Assembly (NCBI RefSeq): GCF_000372725.1
Contig: NW_005201792.1
Coordinates: 995,440 to 1,059,439 of the forward strand
Length of the DNA stretch: 64,000 nucleotides
Direction of reading: 5' to 3'
Source of the DNA: Emiliania huxleyi CCMP1516
Lineage: Eukaryota
The notes under the pieces: generated by a model
What the model was told of the DNA's origin: nothing
The model's database searches: none
Seen by the model: only the letters and a program-made list of their open reading frames with translations
Shown here: positions 44,768-57,751 of the stretch, piece after piece
Layout of the letters: the number at the start of each line of letters is the position of its first letter
Numbering within the stretch: the stretch's first letter is position 1
Made by a program: the position numbers and the translations under genes

Positions 44768-45290
44768 ATGGGAGCGAAGCCGCACGCTATCGCCGGCAGT
44801 AGCCTTGCGGCGAGCGCGTCCGTCGACGGCTACAACTCGGCGGACGAACACGAGGTCGCCGTCAGCGCGCCCGCTGAGACGATCGAGGCATTTGCGGCGC
44901 GGATGGCAGCGACGCGCGGCCTGCAGCTGGTGCCGATGCTGCGCGATGGCAACTGTCTCTTCCGCGCGGTGGCGGACCGCGTCTACGGCGACCATGCGAT
45001 GCACGACGTTGTGCGCCAGCAGACGCTCGATCACGTTGCGGCGGAGAGCGCGCACTTTTCTCCATACGTCGCGGAGGACATCCACACGTACGTCGCTCGC
45101 AAGCGGCGCGACGGCGTGTACGGCAACCACGTCGAGCTGCAGGCGCTCTCGGAGCTCTACAACCGGCGGGTCGAGGTGCGCCGGAGCAGAAGGGAGACGC
45201 ACCACCGGAGGAGAGGAGAGGGGCTGCGCCGTCGCGAGGTCCGAGGCCAGAGACTCGTCTGTCCCTCGCGAGGTGTACGCGCCCAACGGC
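44768..45290 (+). pseudogene. 3'-truncated duplicate of the OTUD5-like gene
   Basis: 44626-45290 is nearly identical to 49187-49851 and diverges after GCCCAACGGC, before the catalytic His exon. Confidence 0.75.
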
Positions 45291-45733
45291 GCACTGCACT
45301 CGAACTGCACTAGTGGAAGCACCAACACGGCCCTCGGGCTGTTTGGGGACCCGGACGCCAGCGTCCCCCGGGAGAGGGGTGTCCTGGTTGTGTCCTGGTT
45401 GTGTCTTGTCTGAGTGCCAGCGCACGCAGCTATCTTAATGGCGTGAGGTCAGCAAGAACCCTCGCGGCGTCGTGCAGTCTGTGAGGGTGTGTGCCTGCAC
45501 GGATTGCACAAGTAACAAATCACTCCTGTCGGCATTCCTCCGGAATGGGGCGACAGACCACGTGTTATTCCGTAGTTGGGATGACCACAAATCGTCAGGG
45601 CACTCAAGAAGAGGCCAGCCGGCACTTCGAGCTGCGCTCGACATGGGGATGCGCACAGTCAATATATGTCAATGCGCGCCGCGCGAGCGAGTCTAAAGAC
45701 TCGGTCGCGAACTTTCCGAGAAGGATGACAAGT

Positions 45734-45944
45734 GGGGCGGCGGCGTCGATAGATATCGACGCCGCCGTCGCCGCGCATCATGACGAGTTCGCATTCCCCA
45801 TGTGACCCTCTATACCTCACCTTCGAGACAAGCCAGGGTTCAACCCAATGGACCTAGTGTGGCGTCGAGGCCCGCACTGTCTGGACATGCGGGCCGCGGC
45901 TGACAGAACGGCGGGCTAGGCATTGAGAGCCCAGGAGTTTTAAT
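45734..45944 (+). repeat. Left ~210-bp direct repeat starting with a perfect palindrome
   Basis: Matches 48977-49187. Confidence 0.92.
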
Positions 45945-46397
45945 TCGCACAGAGGGCACGCGAGGTACGACCGTGCCCGGCCGTGCTATTAAAGCGACTC
46001 GGCTCTCTAACAGGCTGCAGCCCAGAGCCACACGGAGTCTACGCGCATCGCTTGTGCATAGCCTCGACCAATCTCCTGTTCACGGTGCAACCGTGAACAA
46101 AGAGCTTCTTCGAACCGTTACAAACACGACGCGAGCCGCCCAGCAGGGAGCCTGGGCGACTCGCTTTGACCTCCCCCCCGCCCCACGGTGCGCCAGCGGC
46201 GCATTTGGGATGGACACCACACGTCGTCACATCGAGCAGCTCTCTGTCAACGGAAATTTCTCAGCTCTGATGCGTCATCCGGATGGAGCAACTGGCTTTG
46301 CTTAGATTGGGAGTCCTTTTGCTATGTGCTCTACGCGGGGAACTACGCCTCTTTTAACCTCATCCTGCAGGCGATAGCCCAGCCCGCGTGCAGCGGT

Positions 46398-48686
46398 GGC
46401 GGCGACACTTGCAACACGAGCACGCCTCGCTTCGGCGCGCTCGATCCTTCACAACGGGCCGCCCGCAAGGACGCGTGTGCGGCCCTCTCTACTCGACCTG
46501 TGCCACGGCACGGGTCGTTCTAGTCATGCAGCCGCCCCGGCGATCGTGCTCGGGGCGTATCTCAGCACTCACCGCGCGAGACGCGTGGCGTGCCACACAA
46601 ACCAGTAAGCAGCAGCCTTCGCTGCTGCGACTCGAATGCTTCAAACGCGCACCTGTGCTTGCGCACGGCGTGCTCTACACGAGCCCCCCGGCCGCGCGAG
46701 CGTACGGGCGGCTCGAATCCACCCTTCCCCCGCCCTAGCCACTGTTGGCTGGGCTGCGGGCGCCGTCCGCCTTGCGGCGGCGGCGACACTTGCAACACGA
46801 GCACACCTCGCTTCGGCGCGCTCGACCCTTCACAACGGGCCGCCCGCAAGGACGCGTGTGCGGCCCTCTCTACTCGACCTGTGCCACGGCACGGGTCGTT
46901 CTAGTCATGCAGCCGCCCCGGCGATCGTGCTCGGGGCGTATCTCAGCACTCACCGCGCGAGACGCGTGGCGTGCCACAAACCAGTAAGCAGCAGCCTTCG
47001 CTGCTGCGACTCGAATGCTTCAAACGCGCACCTGTGCTTGCGCACGGCGTGCTCTACACGAGCCCCCCGACCGCACGAGCGTGCGGGCGGCTCGAATCCA
47101 CCCTTCCCCCGCCCTACCGACTGTTGGCTGGGCGGTGGGCGCCGTCCGCCTTGCGGCGGCGGCGACACTTGCAACACGAGCACACCTCGCTTCGGTGTGC
47201 TCGACCCTTCACAACGGGCTGCCCACAAGGACGCGTGTGCGGCCCTCTCTACTCGACCTGTGCCACGGCACGGGTCGTTCTAGTCATGCAGCCGCCCCGG
47301 CGATCGTGCTCGGGGCGTATCTCAGCACTCACCGCGCGAGACGCGTGGCGTGCCACAAACCAGTAAACAGCAGCCTTCGCTGCTGCGACTCGAATGCTTC
47401 AAACGCGCACCTGTGCTTGCGCACGGCGTGCTCTACACGAGCCTCCCTACCGCACGAGCGTGCGGGCGGCTCGAATTCACCCTTCCCCCGCCCTAGCCAC
47501 TCTTGGCTGGGCGGCGGGCGCCGTCCGCCTTGCGGCGGCGGCGACACTTGCAACACGAGCACACCTCGCTTCGGTGTGCTCGACCCCTCACAACGGGCCG
47601 CCCGCAAGGACGCGTGTGCGGCCCTCTCTACTCGACCTGTGCCACGGCACGGGTCGTTCTAGCCATGCAGCCGCCCCGGCGATCGTGCTCGGGGCGTATC
47701 TCAGCACTCACCGCGCGAGACGCGTGGCGTGCCACAAACCAGTAAGCAGCAGCCTTCGCTGCTGCGACTCGAATGCTTCAAACGCGCACCTGTGCTTGCG
47801 CACGGCGTGCTCTACACGAGCCTCCCTACCGCACGAGCGTGCGGGCGGCTCGAATCCACCTTTCCCCCGCCCTAGCCACTGTCTGGCTGGGCTGCGGGCG
47901 CCGTCCGCCTTGCGGCGGCGGCGACACTTGCAACACGAGCACACCTCGCTTCGGTGTGCTCGATCCTTCACAACGGGCCGCCCGCAAGGACGCGTGTGCG
48001 GCCCTCTCTACTCGACCTGTGCCACGGCACGGGTCGTTCTAGCCATGCAGCCGCCCCGGCGATCGTGCTCGGGGCGTATCTCAGCACTCACCGCGCGAGA
48101 CGCGTGGCGTGCCACACAAACCAGTAAGCAGCAGCCTTCGCTGCTGCGACTCGAATGCTTCAAACGCGCACCTGTGCTTGCGCACGGCGTGCTCTACACA
48201 AGCCCCCCGACCGCACGAGCGTGCGGGCGGCTCGAATCCACCCTTCCCCCGCCCTACCGACTGTTGGCTGGGCGGTGGGCGCCGTCCGCCTTGCGGCGGC
48301 GGCGACACTTGCAACACGAGCACACCTCGCTTCGGTGTGCTCGATCCTTCACAACGGGCCGCCCGCAAGGACGCGTGTGCGGCCCTCTCTACTCGACCTG
48401 TGCCACGGCACGGGTCGTTCTAGTCATGCAGCCGCCTCGGCGATCGTGCTCGGGGCGTATCTCAGCACCCACCGCGCGAGACGCGTGGCGTGCCACAAAC
48501 CAGTAAACAGCAGCCTTCGCTGCTGCGACTCGAATGCTTCAAACGCGCACCTGTGCTTGCGCACGGCGTGCTCTACACGAGCCCCCCGGCCGCACGAGCG
48601 TGCGGGCGGCTCGAATTCACCTTTCCCCCGCCCTCGCCACTGTTGGCTGGGCGGTGGGCGCCGTCCGCCTTGCGGCGGCGGCGACA
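46398..48686 (+). repeat. Tandem array of six 379-381-bp hairpin-rich units
   Basis: GGCGACA recurs at 46401, 46782, 47161, 47540, 47920, 48301, 48680. Confidence 0.95.
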
Positions 48687-48976
48687 TTTGAAGCGGTCGC
48701 GGCGCGTATGCGTCGTACTGTTAGGGCGGCCGGGCCCGAAGACGGCCCGGCCAGGCTCTGCATAAGGCCATCTTCGCCACAACGCGTGGCATTGGTCCAA
48801 CTACGGCAACCCACAGCGAGGGGGGCCGCTTAGGCGACCTTGCTCACATCAGCTGCATATGCTTCAGTGGTGCAAGGAGGAGTGGAGAGGGACCTTTGAC
48901 GGTGTATGGCCCAAATCCAATGGGGGCAGCACGTACCTAGTTGTGCGCATATGCGTACGCGACCGTTTTGGAGCGC

Positions 48977-49187
48977 GGGGCGGCGGCGTCGATAGATATC
49001 GACGCCGCCGTCGCCGCGCATCATGACGAGTTCGCATTCCCCATGTGACCCTCTATACCTCACCTTCGAGACAAGCCAGGGTTCAACCCAATGGACCTAG
49101 TGTGGCGTCGAGGCCCGCACTGTCTGGACATGCGGGCCGCGGCTGACAGAACGGCGGGCTAGGCATTGAGAGCCCAGGAGTTTTAAT
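48977..49187 (+). repeat. Right ~210-bp direct repeat
   Basis: Matches 45734-45944; abuts the second OTU copy. Confidence 0.92.
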
Positions 49188-49328
49188 AGTGCGGTTCACC
49201 GCGCGATTTCTTTTTATTTTTCCTTAGCAAGCGACAATCAGTTCACTTATGGGAAAGAAGAGAAGAAAGCACGCTCCAGTGTGAAACTCCCGAAGGAAGA
49301 GCGGTTCCGCGAGCGACCGACAAAGCCA

Positions 49329-50769
49329 ATGGGAGCGGAGCCGCACGCTATCGCCGGCAGTAGCCTTGCGGCGAGCGCGTCCGTCGACGGCTACAACTCG
49401 GCGGACGAACACGAGGTCGCCGTCAGCGCGCCCGCTGAGACGATCGAGGCATTTGCGGCGCGGATGGCAGCGACGCGCGGCCTGCAGCTGGTGCCGATGC
49501 TGCGCGATGGCAACTGTCTCTTCCGCGCGGTGGCGGACCGCGTCTACGGCGACCATGCGATGCACGACGTTGTGCGCCAGCAGACGCTCGATCACGTTGC
49601 GGCGGAGAGCGCGCACTTTTCTCCATACGTCGCGGAGGACATCCACACGTACGTCGCTCGCAAGCGGCGCGACGGCGTGTACGGCAACCACGTCGAGCTG
49701 CAGGCGCTCTCGGAGCTCTACAACCGGCGGGTCGAGGTGCGCCGGAGCAGAAGGGAGACGCACCACCGGAGGAGAGGAGAGGGGCTGCGCCGTCGCGAGG
49801 TCCGAGGCCAGAGACTCGTCTGTCCCTCGCGAGGTGTACGCGCCCAACGGCTCCGACGAGCCCATCTCGCTCTTCACAGACCAGACGGCCGACCCGCCGC
49901 CGACGGGCTCGGTCGCCGCCCACCCTGCGCCTTCCGAGACGCTTCCGAGACGCTTCCGAGACGCTTCCGAGACGCTTCCGAGATGCTTCCGAGACGCTTC
50001 CGAGATGCTTCCGAGACGCTTCCGAGACGCTCTTCCGAGACTCTTCCGAGACACGCACGAGGCTCAAGCACCCTGGCCCTAGGTCGCCCCTCCGCTGCGC
50101 CTCGTCTACTCTGGCCGGTCCCACTACGACGTCCTCCGCGACCCCGCCCTTCCAGACGCGGGCGTCGGGCTCGGTCCCCTCCGCACAAGCCAGCCACTCT
50201 TCCTCGCCCTCTTCGAGACCCCCCCCCCCCCCCCCCCGCGCTCCCCTCGGCACGGAACACACCCCGCCGTCGCGTCTCCCCAGCACTTGCCCTTCCCTCC
50301 CCCCCCCCCCCTCCGCCAGGCCTGCCCGACCTTACTGCCGGCGCTGCAGACGAGGCTCAGCTCGCGGCGGCAGCACAAGCCTCCGAAGCGGAGGCGCTCG
50401 AGGCGTGCCCCTCTCCAGCACCAAGTAGCAGCCCAGCAGCCCTCGAGAGCCAAGCCGCAGCCGCGCCAGACCCACCCGCCCCTCTCGCAACCTCCCACCG
50501 CCCGCTCGCTCGGTGGGCAGGCGGCGCTGCTCGCCACAGCCGCCGCGGACTCGGACGCCGCAGCCACCGAGGCCGCCATCGAGGCGCAGGTCCTGGCCGC
50601 CTCCCTCGCCTCCCTCCCCGCCGCGCGACAGGCTCCCGGCGGCGGCAGCGAGGCGGACTCGACCTGCTCGGCGCTGGTGGCGATGGGGTTTGCAGCGGCG
50701 GCGGCGCGCGAGGCGGCGGCGCGTTTCGGCGCCGACCTCGACTCGGCGGTGGAGTATCTGGCCGGCTAA
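49329..50769 (+). CDS. OTU-domain deubiquitinase (OTUD5-like) with C-terminal UBA, multi-exon
   Basis: GYNSADE, DGNCLFRAVAD, YGNHVELQALSELYNR, LVYSGRSHYDVL, LVAMGF...AVEYL. Confidence 0.88.
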
Positions 50770-51183
50770 CGAACCCGCACACCTCTTAAACTCTCGTGCA
50801 CACACCCCTCCCCTCCCCCCCTCCACGCCGCGGCCGGAGTTAGCGACGTGTAGGGGCAAGGCCGTTTTCGTTTCGATCGCTCTGTGGTGTGTGGACGACA
50901 CTCGAGACACGAGACCCCGGAGACGCCAAGCGGTCCAGCAGTCAAAAAGCCATATCCCTTCTTCATCAGACTTCAGAGCTGCGACCGAGACCACATGTCG
51001 GCGCATGTGCGTTCCGTTTCATTAATATCGATTAGGAGAGAAGAGAGGAGCGTGCGTCAGGCACTGTGAGTCAGACCACACGGAAGTAGGACCTCCTTTT
51101 TCTCCTCTCCTTCTTTCCCTCGGTCCTACTCGCGGCGCGCCAGCTGTCGGTCTCCCGGAAGGAAAACTGCGAAAGCCGCCTCC

Positions 51184-51944
51184 TCATCCACACGACGGGC
51201 GCGGCTCTGCGCCAGGGCGCCTGGCCCAGAAAACGAGCGTCTGCCTCAGCCCGCTCCGGCACTTTGCCACGCGGTGCGCGAGGTGCTTGGACGGAAAGGC
51301 GACCGCGTCGCCCGCCCGCAGCCGCACTCGAGCCGCGACTCTACCCGCGCCGAGCCGCACCTCGAGCTCGCCGCCCTGCCAGAGGTGGCGGGGGCTGCCT
51401 CGGTGGATGGGATATCGTGGGAGGAGGAATGGGCCGCACACGCCTCGTATGCGCCAGCGTTGGACACCATGAGCACAACCGTGACGCACCTCAGGTCGAC
51501 CAGCTCGCTCTCGTCCACGTCCGCGTCGGTGTGCCAGGCGGCGTAGTGGCCGCCGCGGCCGTACTCTGCGTATTGAACCGGCTCGTAGCGCGGCGTGCAG
51601 CGGCCAGACGAGTCGATGCCGAGCGGGCAGACGCCGTCGCCGAGTATGGAGTGCGTCTGCAGCACTGCTTTGCGCAGCTTACGGTCGAGCCACGGCGGGA
51701 TCTCCGGCTCCAAAAATGACCCTGGCCGGCCCAGGAGGGCGATGCGGCTGTCTCGGTCCTTTCGCGAGCTTGATCCGACCGTGCCGACGCCAAATAGCTG
51801 CGACTGTACGGTCGGCTGAACCACGAAGCCCTGGACGCGCGTCTGCTGCAGCGGCGTCAGGAGAGCCTCAAAACGTAGGTATGAGTTCTTCCCGCGACCC
51901 ACGCGACGCGGCTTCAACGGCCGCAGCCGCTGCTGCTCGGCCAT
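51184..51944 (-). CDS. 2OG-Fe(II) oxygenase (PKHD/prolyl-hydroxylase-like), 2 exons
   Basis: QYAEYGRGGHYAAWHTD, YE|GGEL, FPSKHLAHRV, GLRQTLVFW. Confidence 0.85.
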
Positions 51945-52214
51945 CGCGCTCCTCGAGTGTGCGCTGCCAATCCCTTCAGCCAGCTGAGCTCGCGGTTACA
52001 GAGAGATGGGCGCGGTGGGGGCGGAGGAGGCGGAGGTAGCGACGCGTTGGCAGGATTGGTTGGCGCGACGCCAAAGAAGAAATTTGTGGCCCATCGGAAT
52101 AATTGTAGTGGAAAATTACTCTCGAGCAGACTTTGAGCACCCTTTTCGTAACGACGAGGCGGGCCGCGAGTCGTACGTACGTACGTCCGACTCCCGCCGC
52201 CGGAGAGCAGAGCC

Positions 52215-53792
52215 ATGGGTCGCGTGCTGAAGCGCTTCCTGAAGGAGCACGCCGCCTATGCGGCGGCCGGCGTGGCCGCCACGGCGCGCGGCATCGGCGA
52301 GGCTGCTAGCGGGGAGGAATCCGAGGACCAATCTTTCTACGTCGCGATGGCGTTGCTGTTCGCCCTTGCATTCATCGGCGGGTGAATTGCAGCACGCGCG
52401 GCGGATGCGGGGACCCGACTCGAGACCAATACGCGACCTCGCCCCTCTGCAGGTTCTTGCCGATGATTCTCCAGAAGAACGACGCGATTCTGTGCGTCGG
52501 CGATTGCTTCTCGGGTGCGTTGACACAAGCCATGACCGCCACATTGACCGTCGACACCATGTCTCCGTCCGCGCACCCTCGCCGGCGTCCCCACCACCGA
52601 TGGGCTGCTCTCCTGCAGGCGGCCTGCTTGTCGGCGCTGCCCTCATGCACATGTTGCCCGAGTCGGCCGAGCTGAACGAGATGCTCGCCGGCGAGGAAGT
52701 GAGACGCGGGGAAGGGGAGACGGGCGGTGGACACCCGGCCACGGGGAGAGCGGATTAAAGTGCTCCCTGCTTCTCGGGGAAAGAGCGTGCTCTGGCGCGC
52801 GCCGCCGACATGCTTTGACTTGAGCCCCGGCGGCTTAGGAGGAGGAAGATGAGGACATGGACGCGCACGGCCGCGCGCTGCACGGCGAAGGGGAAGAAGA
52901 GACCTACCCGTGGTCGTTCCTGCTCTGTTCCGTGGCACTCATCAGTGCGCGCCCCTCCCCCCACGCGCCCTTCCCTGAGCCCAGTCCTCTGCAAGCCAAA
53001 TCTTCCCGCATCGGTGCTGGTTCCGCAACGTGTGACACCCTCACACAGGCCTCATGGCGATCGAGACGGCGGCCTCTGGCACTTGCTGCTCGACTGCCGA
53101 CAAAGAGCCCGCCAAAAGCCACGTCCCGCACCACCACAGCCTGGGAGGGCTGGAGACCACGGGCAAGGGTGGCAAATCCGGCGCGGTTGCTGCCATCGCA
53201 GCCTTCACCGCCTTCATAATCCACTGCGTCCTGGAGGGCCTCGCCCTCGGGGTTGTTGGCGACGACATCATGGTCATGTTCGTTGCAGTCGGCGCACACA
53301 AGGGCTTTGCTGCCTTTGCACTTGGGGCGGCCGTCTTCCGCGCCTTTGACAACTGCAAGGCGACGCACACCGCTCACCGCTACCGCCACCGCTCACCCAT
53401 ATCTCCCGTGCCCGCACGCCGGGCGTGCCACGGGCAACTGCCTGGCTCGGAGAAGCGCGGGGGCTTGCCCACGAGCCTGGCCCCACACTCGTGTGCGGAG
53501 GCGTGCACCCGGCCGTATTGGCCCTCAGGCGGCGCTGTGCATGTTTTGCTTCTCCATCGCCACGCCGATCGGCATGCTCATCGGACACACCGCGGCCACC
53601 GCCGAGGGGGCAGAGAGCCCGTTGCCGCTCGCCTTCAACGCGCTGGCGGCGGGCACCTTCCTCCAGATGGGCGCGGTAGAGGTGTTGGGCAGCGAGATGA
53701 TGGAAGGCCATGGCACGTGCCCCGGCATTGTCAAGTACCTCTTCGCGATGATGGGGTTTGCCGTCATGGCGGTCCTCGCCCTCTACTGCTAG
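52215..53792 (+). CDS. ZIP-family (Zrt/Irt-like) metal transporter, multi-exon
   Basis: GGLLVGAALMHMLPE, YPWSFLL, HCVLEGLALG, AHKGFAAFALG, ALAAGTFL. Confidence 0.9.
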
Positions 53793-54274
53793 GGAAGGCT
53801 GCCTCCGCGTCCTGACGCTGAGAGCGCTGTGGGCAGCAGCACGCGGTTGGGGAGCTTTCGTGAGTCCTCCCTCTCACTCACTTGTGCGAGCGAGAGAGTC
53901 GCCGGGGGTATAGAATATACAGTCGCCGGGGGAGGTTGGGGGACCTGAGGTGATCGAGATCTCGACTCACCCCTCACTCAGAGGCAGGTGGTGGTGGTGC
54001 GGTTGCCTGGCGCGTCGCTCACAAAAACACGCCCGCTGTTCACACCTCGAAGAATCCACGAAAGGGGAATCTCCCGTTCGGTTGTTCAGTCGCAACCCCG
54101 AAGCCTATCGAACGAGCCATGTCCGCGGTGAGTTCGCAACCGGCGCCCGCGCTGTGCGAATCCGCGCCCCCAATCGCCACCCGGTGGCCCCGTCCGACCA
54201 CCCGCCTCACCGCCTCTGCCTGATGGACGACAATGTCAATGAGAAAAGGAGGAGCTCACGAAGGTCTTGGGAAA

Positions 54275-54644
54275 ATAAATAAATAAGCAGACCAGGGAAA
54301 AGAATATAGACAGTACTGGGCGAGAAAAACGTTAAAGCATAAAGGCCAAAGGACAGCACGCCACCACACACAGGAGATATAAATAAATAAATAAAGCAGA
54401 CACAAAATCACGGACATCTCTTTTTGCCTCGCGCGCTTCCAACTCGTGGCGGGGCCCCTCAACCCTGATTACCCGTTTCTTTTCCCCCTCTAGAATACGC
54501 CTGTGGTGTGCCCCGTGTGGCACCACGACCTGTTGTCTCACCCTGGCCCCCAAGATCGTTTTGGTCGTCACATTGTGGCCCCCGAAAGAAAACAAGAAAG
54601 AAAGAAAGAAAGAAAACGGAGGCATGGGAGAAGCTGGCGGGAAT
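54275..54644 (-). mobile_element. Rearranged RNase H LINE fragments
   Basis: 54444-54577 is the reverse complement of about 6903-7032; tail pieces nearby; TCTTTTTGCCTCGCGCGCTTCCAAC duplicated at about 54419 and 54645. Confidence 0.7.
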
Positions 54645-54693
54645 TCTTTTTGCCTCGCGCGCTTCCAACGACACGAAGGGACGCCCCCCATCC

Positions 54694-57052
54694 ATGTCCT
54701 CCAAACCTGCACGAGGCCCGAACGCGACGGTACTCCACGTCCCGATCGAGTGCAACGCCGAGGTTGCGCTGCCGAGCCAGAGCGGCAAGCGCGCGCAGCC
54801 GGGGAAGCGGTCGCGGGCGATTGGCCTCGCAGTGGCAGGCTCGCGGGCCACGCACTCTGCCTTCATCGCCGTCGGTCCGGAGCTGCCTTCGACGGTATCC
54901 CTCGCGACGACCCAGCTGAGCGCCGCCGCGTCGGCGAGCTGCTACCCGCTCAGCTCGCTGCATCAGATCCACGCCAAGCCTGAGCTGCTGGCCAAGGGGC
55001 GGCTCACGATTGAAGTCCGGCTGGGGAGCACGGTCCACACGATCTTTGTGAAGGACGCCAAGCCGAGCGCCCTCGCGCAGCTGTATCGGGCGCTGAAGGC
55101 GGGCCGCGAGCGCGCCAAGGGCTCCGACGGCCTCTCCGGCGCCGCGGGCCTCGAGCTGCTCCGTGAGTTCTTCCCACAGCAAGCCAAGGCGGCGGCGGCG
55201 GCGGCGCGGCCAACCGAGGAGGGGCTGCCGCAGCCCGTCAAGGGGCACGTGCGCCTCATGATGGTGGCGGAGGCGGTGGGGAGCACGCCCGGCCAAGCGG
55301 GCCGACGCGCGGCCGACGCCCTCATGCGCGGGCTCGGCCTGCGGCTGGCGCCGGGCTCAAAGGGCGGCAGGGCGGAGGAGGGCGGCTACTCGGCGTCGCT
55401 GCTCGCGCCGGCGGAGGAGGCCGGCGTGGGGAAGCCGGCCCCGCCAAAGGGGGCGAGCGCCAAGCCCGTCGTGACGCTGCGGACCGCGCAGTGCGCGCAC
55501 CACAAGCTGAGCGCCCCCTGCTGGGTCGAGGCCGACATCGACACCGAGCGGCTCTCGCCGCCGCGCGAGCTGGGCGCGACGCCGGCGGCGGCGGTCGAGG
55601 CCTTGCTCGCTCGCGCCATCGCGCCCGAAGCGGCAAAGCCGCTGCACACGGCTTGTGTGCTGCCGCACCGCTCGGTCCGCACCAGCCACGCCGTGCCCAG
55701 CGCCGCCCTCGAGCCGTCGCGCGCGCACCGGCCCGCCTCCCGTCCCCTCCCGTCCCTCCCCTCCCCGCCAGGTGCTCGAGCGCCTGCCCGGTGGCCTCAC
55801 CTGCCACCTCCGCTCGGGGGACCTCCCCGGTGGCATCTTTTGCACGCGCTTCGAGCTGCGGAACGCAGACGAGCCGCCCTCGGCGCCGCCGCTCGGCCGG
55901 TGCGACGTGCGCTACTTCGAGCCGCGCTCGATGCTCGCGGGCCCGATCGCGATGTCGCTTCGGATGTCCAAGGAGGCGTGCAAGGGGTGGGCGAGCGCAA
56001 AGGCGGGGCGCGACCTCGGCGTGCTCGGGACGACGCTCGTCGAGCGGGTCGAGGTCTTCTGCACGCGGCTGGTCGCCTCGCGGACGGGGGAGCTGCGCGG
56101 CTCCTCCGCGCTGCTCGTCGCGGGCTGGCTGCCTGAGCTCACGGTGACTTGTCGCCCCGCCCGCCCCCTGGTTCGCATGCACATGAGCATGAGGCCGCCC
56201 TTACCCCCACCGGCGCAGGTGGCGCCCTTTGTGCGGCGAGACTACAAGTTCCACGGCGACCCGGACGAGTCGATGGGCTCGAAGTTTCTCAAGACCCAAG
56301 TCTTCAAGACCGCAGCACCGCACCGCTCGCAGCCCGAGAAGCGCCCCGACGCCGCAGCCGCCGCCCTCCGCCCGCCCCCGGCCAGCCCGCCCGTGTGCCC
56401 GCGCCTCAGGAAGCGCCGCATCGAAGAGGTGGCGGCGGGCGGCGCGGCGCTGGAGATCACCAAGCTCGGCACGCCCTTTGGCGCGCGGAGCGAGCCCGCC
56501 GCCAGCCCGCACACCTCCAAGCTTGGCGACGGCCAGTCGCGACGCAAGACGGAGGGGGCGGAGGCGGGCGCCGCGGACGCCGCCGCCGCCGCCGCCGCTT
56601 CCGCCAAAGCTGCAGCTGCCGAGGCGGCGGCCGCGGCGGCGGCGGAAGCGGAGGCGGCGGCGTGGGCCGGCGCAGATAACATCGAGGAGCTGGGTAGCCT
56701 CGGCAAGATCTCGTCGAGTGCGCTGGACACTTCCGGACACTTCCGAGACGCTCCCCAGCCACTCCCCAGCCACTTCCCAGTTCGCAAGGGCGGGAGGCGT
56801 GTTCTCCCTTCGGCGGTAGGCGCGGCCAGCCAAGAGGAGGACGACGAGGCGGAGAGGCTGCTGGCGGAGACACTCGGCGACATTGGCGCCGAACCTGAGG
56901 GCGGCGGCGACGGCGAGGGGGCGGGCGAGGGGCAGGGGGCTGGCGTGCAGGCGAGCACCGCGGCGGCCACGACGAGCCGCGAGGGCGCCGGCGAGGAGAT
57001 GGCTGCAGAGGACGGCATCGATGCGACGATCGCCGAGCTCTTGCGCGGCTGA
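54694..57052 (+). CDS. Hypothetical protein, multi-exon
   Basis: Long coding-like frames from MSSKP to ELLRG joined by putative introns; no family recognised. Confidence 0.6.
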
Positions 57053-57751
57053 CCGCTCGAGCGAGGGACGCGGGAATTGAGCCCGCTAGTCGGGGCCGAA
57101 CCCGGACGCCTCTTGCGCGCGCCGAGGTGGCACTCGCGGCCACCGACCAGCCGCGAGCCGTGGGACGAAAGCTCTAGACGCGCACTCTTTGTTATCCGCA
57201 TGTGCGCGCTCCCTCTGCCTCTCGGGCGTCGGTGCACGGTGGCGACGACGACCGGTCGGGGGCTGCCGCGCGCGTTGTGGGGGACGTACATCGCACTCCG
57301 CCTAGCACGTACGCTAGCACGTGTGTATACACACGGCTTTCTTTTTCGTATAGAGAGCTCATTCTACATTCACATTGCTGCTCTTCTCACTTATCCTGCG
57401 AGCCGAGACAACCAGACAACGCTATAACGCAACATAGTGTGACGCCCAGCGCGAGGGGCGTGCCTCTCCATGATCGAACGGTGCGTGGTGCACTAAAACA
57501 CTCTGCTAGGCACGCAGCTCTAGCAATCGCTGCACTGTCACTGGGTGTGTGAAAGCTCGTGATCTGACCGTTTGGCCTACGTTGCCCGCCTGCGCAGCTC
57601 GTCGCGACCGAGCTCCGAGCTCCTAACGCCCTACGCGCAAGGGGAATGCGCGCTCGCTCGCGCACGCCCCAGGCCGGCGGATCTGAATGCCCCCGTTCCC
57701 TGCCCTCGCGCTAAGTAGTACGGTCTTAGCGCTCGTCGCCGCCGCCGAGCG

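Noticed and set aside
45291..46397. Transposase or recombinase for the OTU-associated insertion
   Set aside because: Only short broken ORFs; no DDE, HUH, RT or tyrosine-recombinase motifs recognised.
46398..48686. CRISPR array, 5S rRNA or snRNA cluster
   Set aside because: Whole units repeat with no unique spacers, no cas genes, and no recognisable 5S/snRNA sequence.
46388..48833. Repeated ORFs in the 380-bp array
   Set aside because: Unit lengths of 379-381 bp shift frame and the peptides look non-protein-like.
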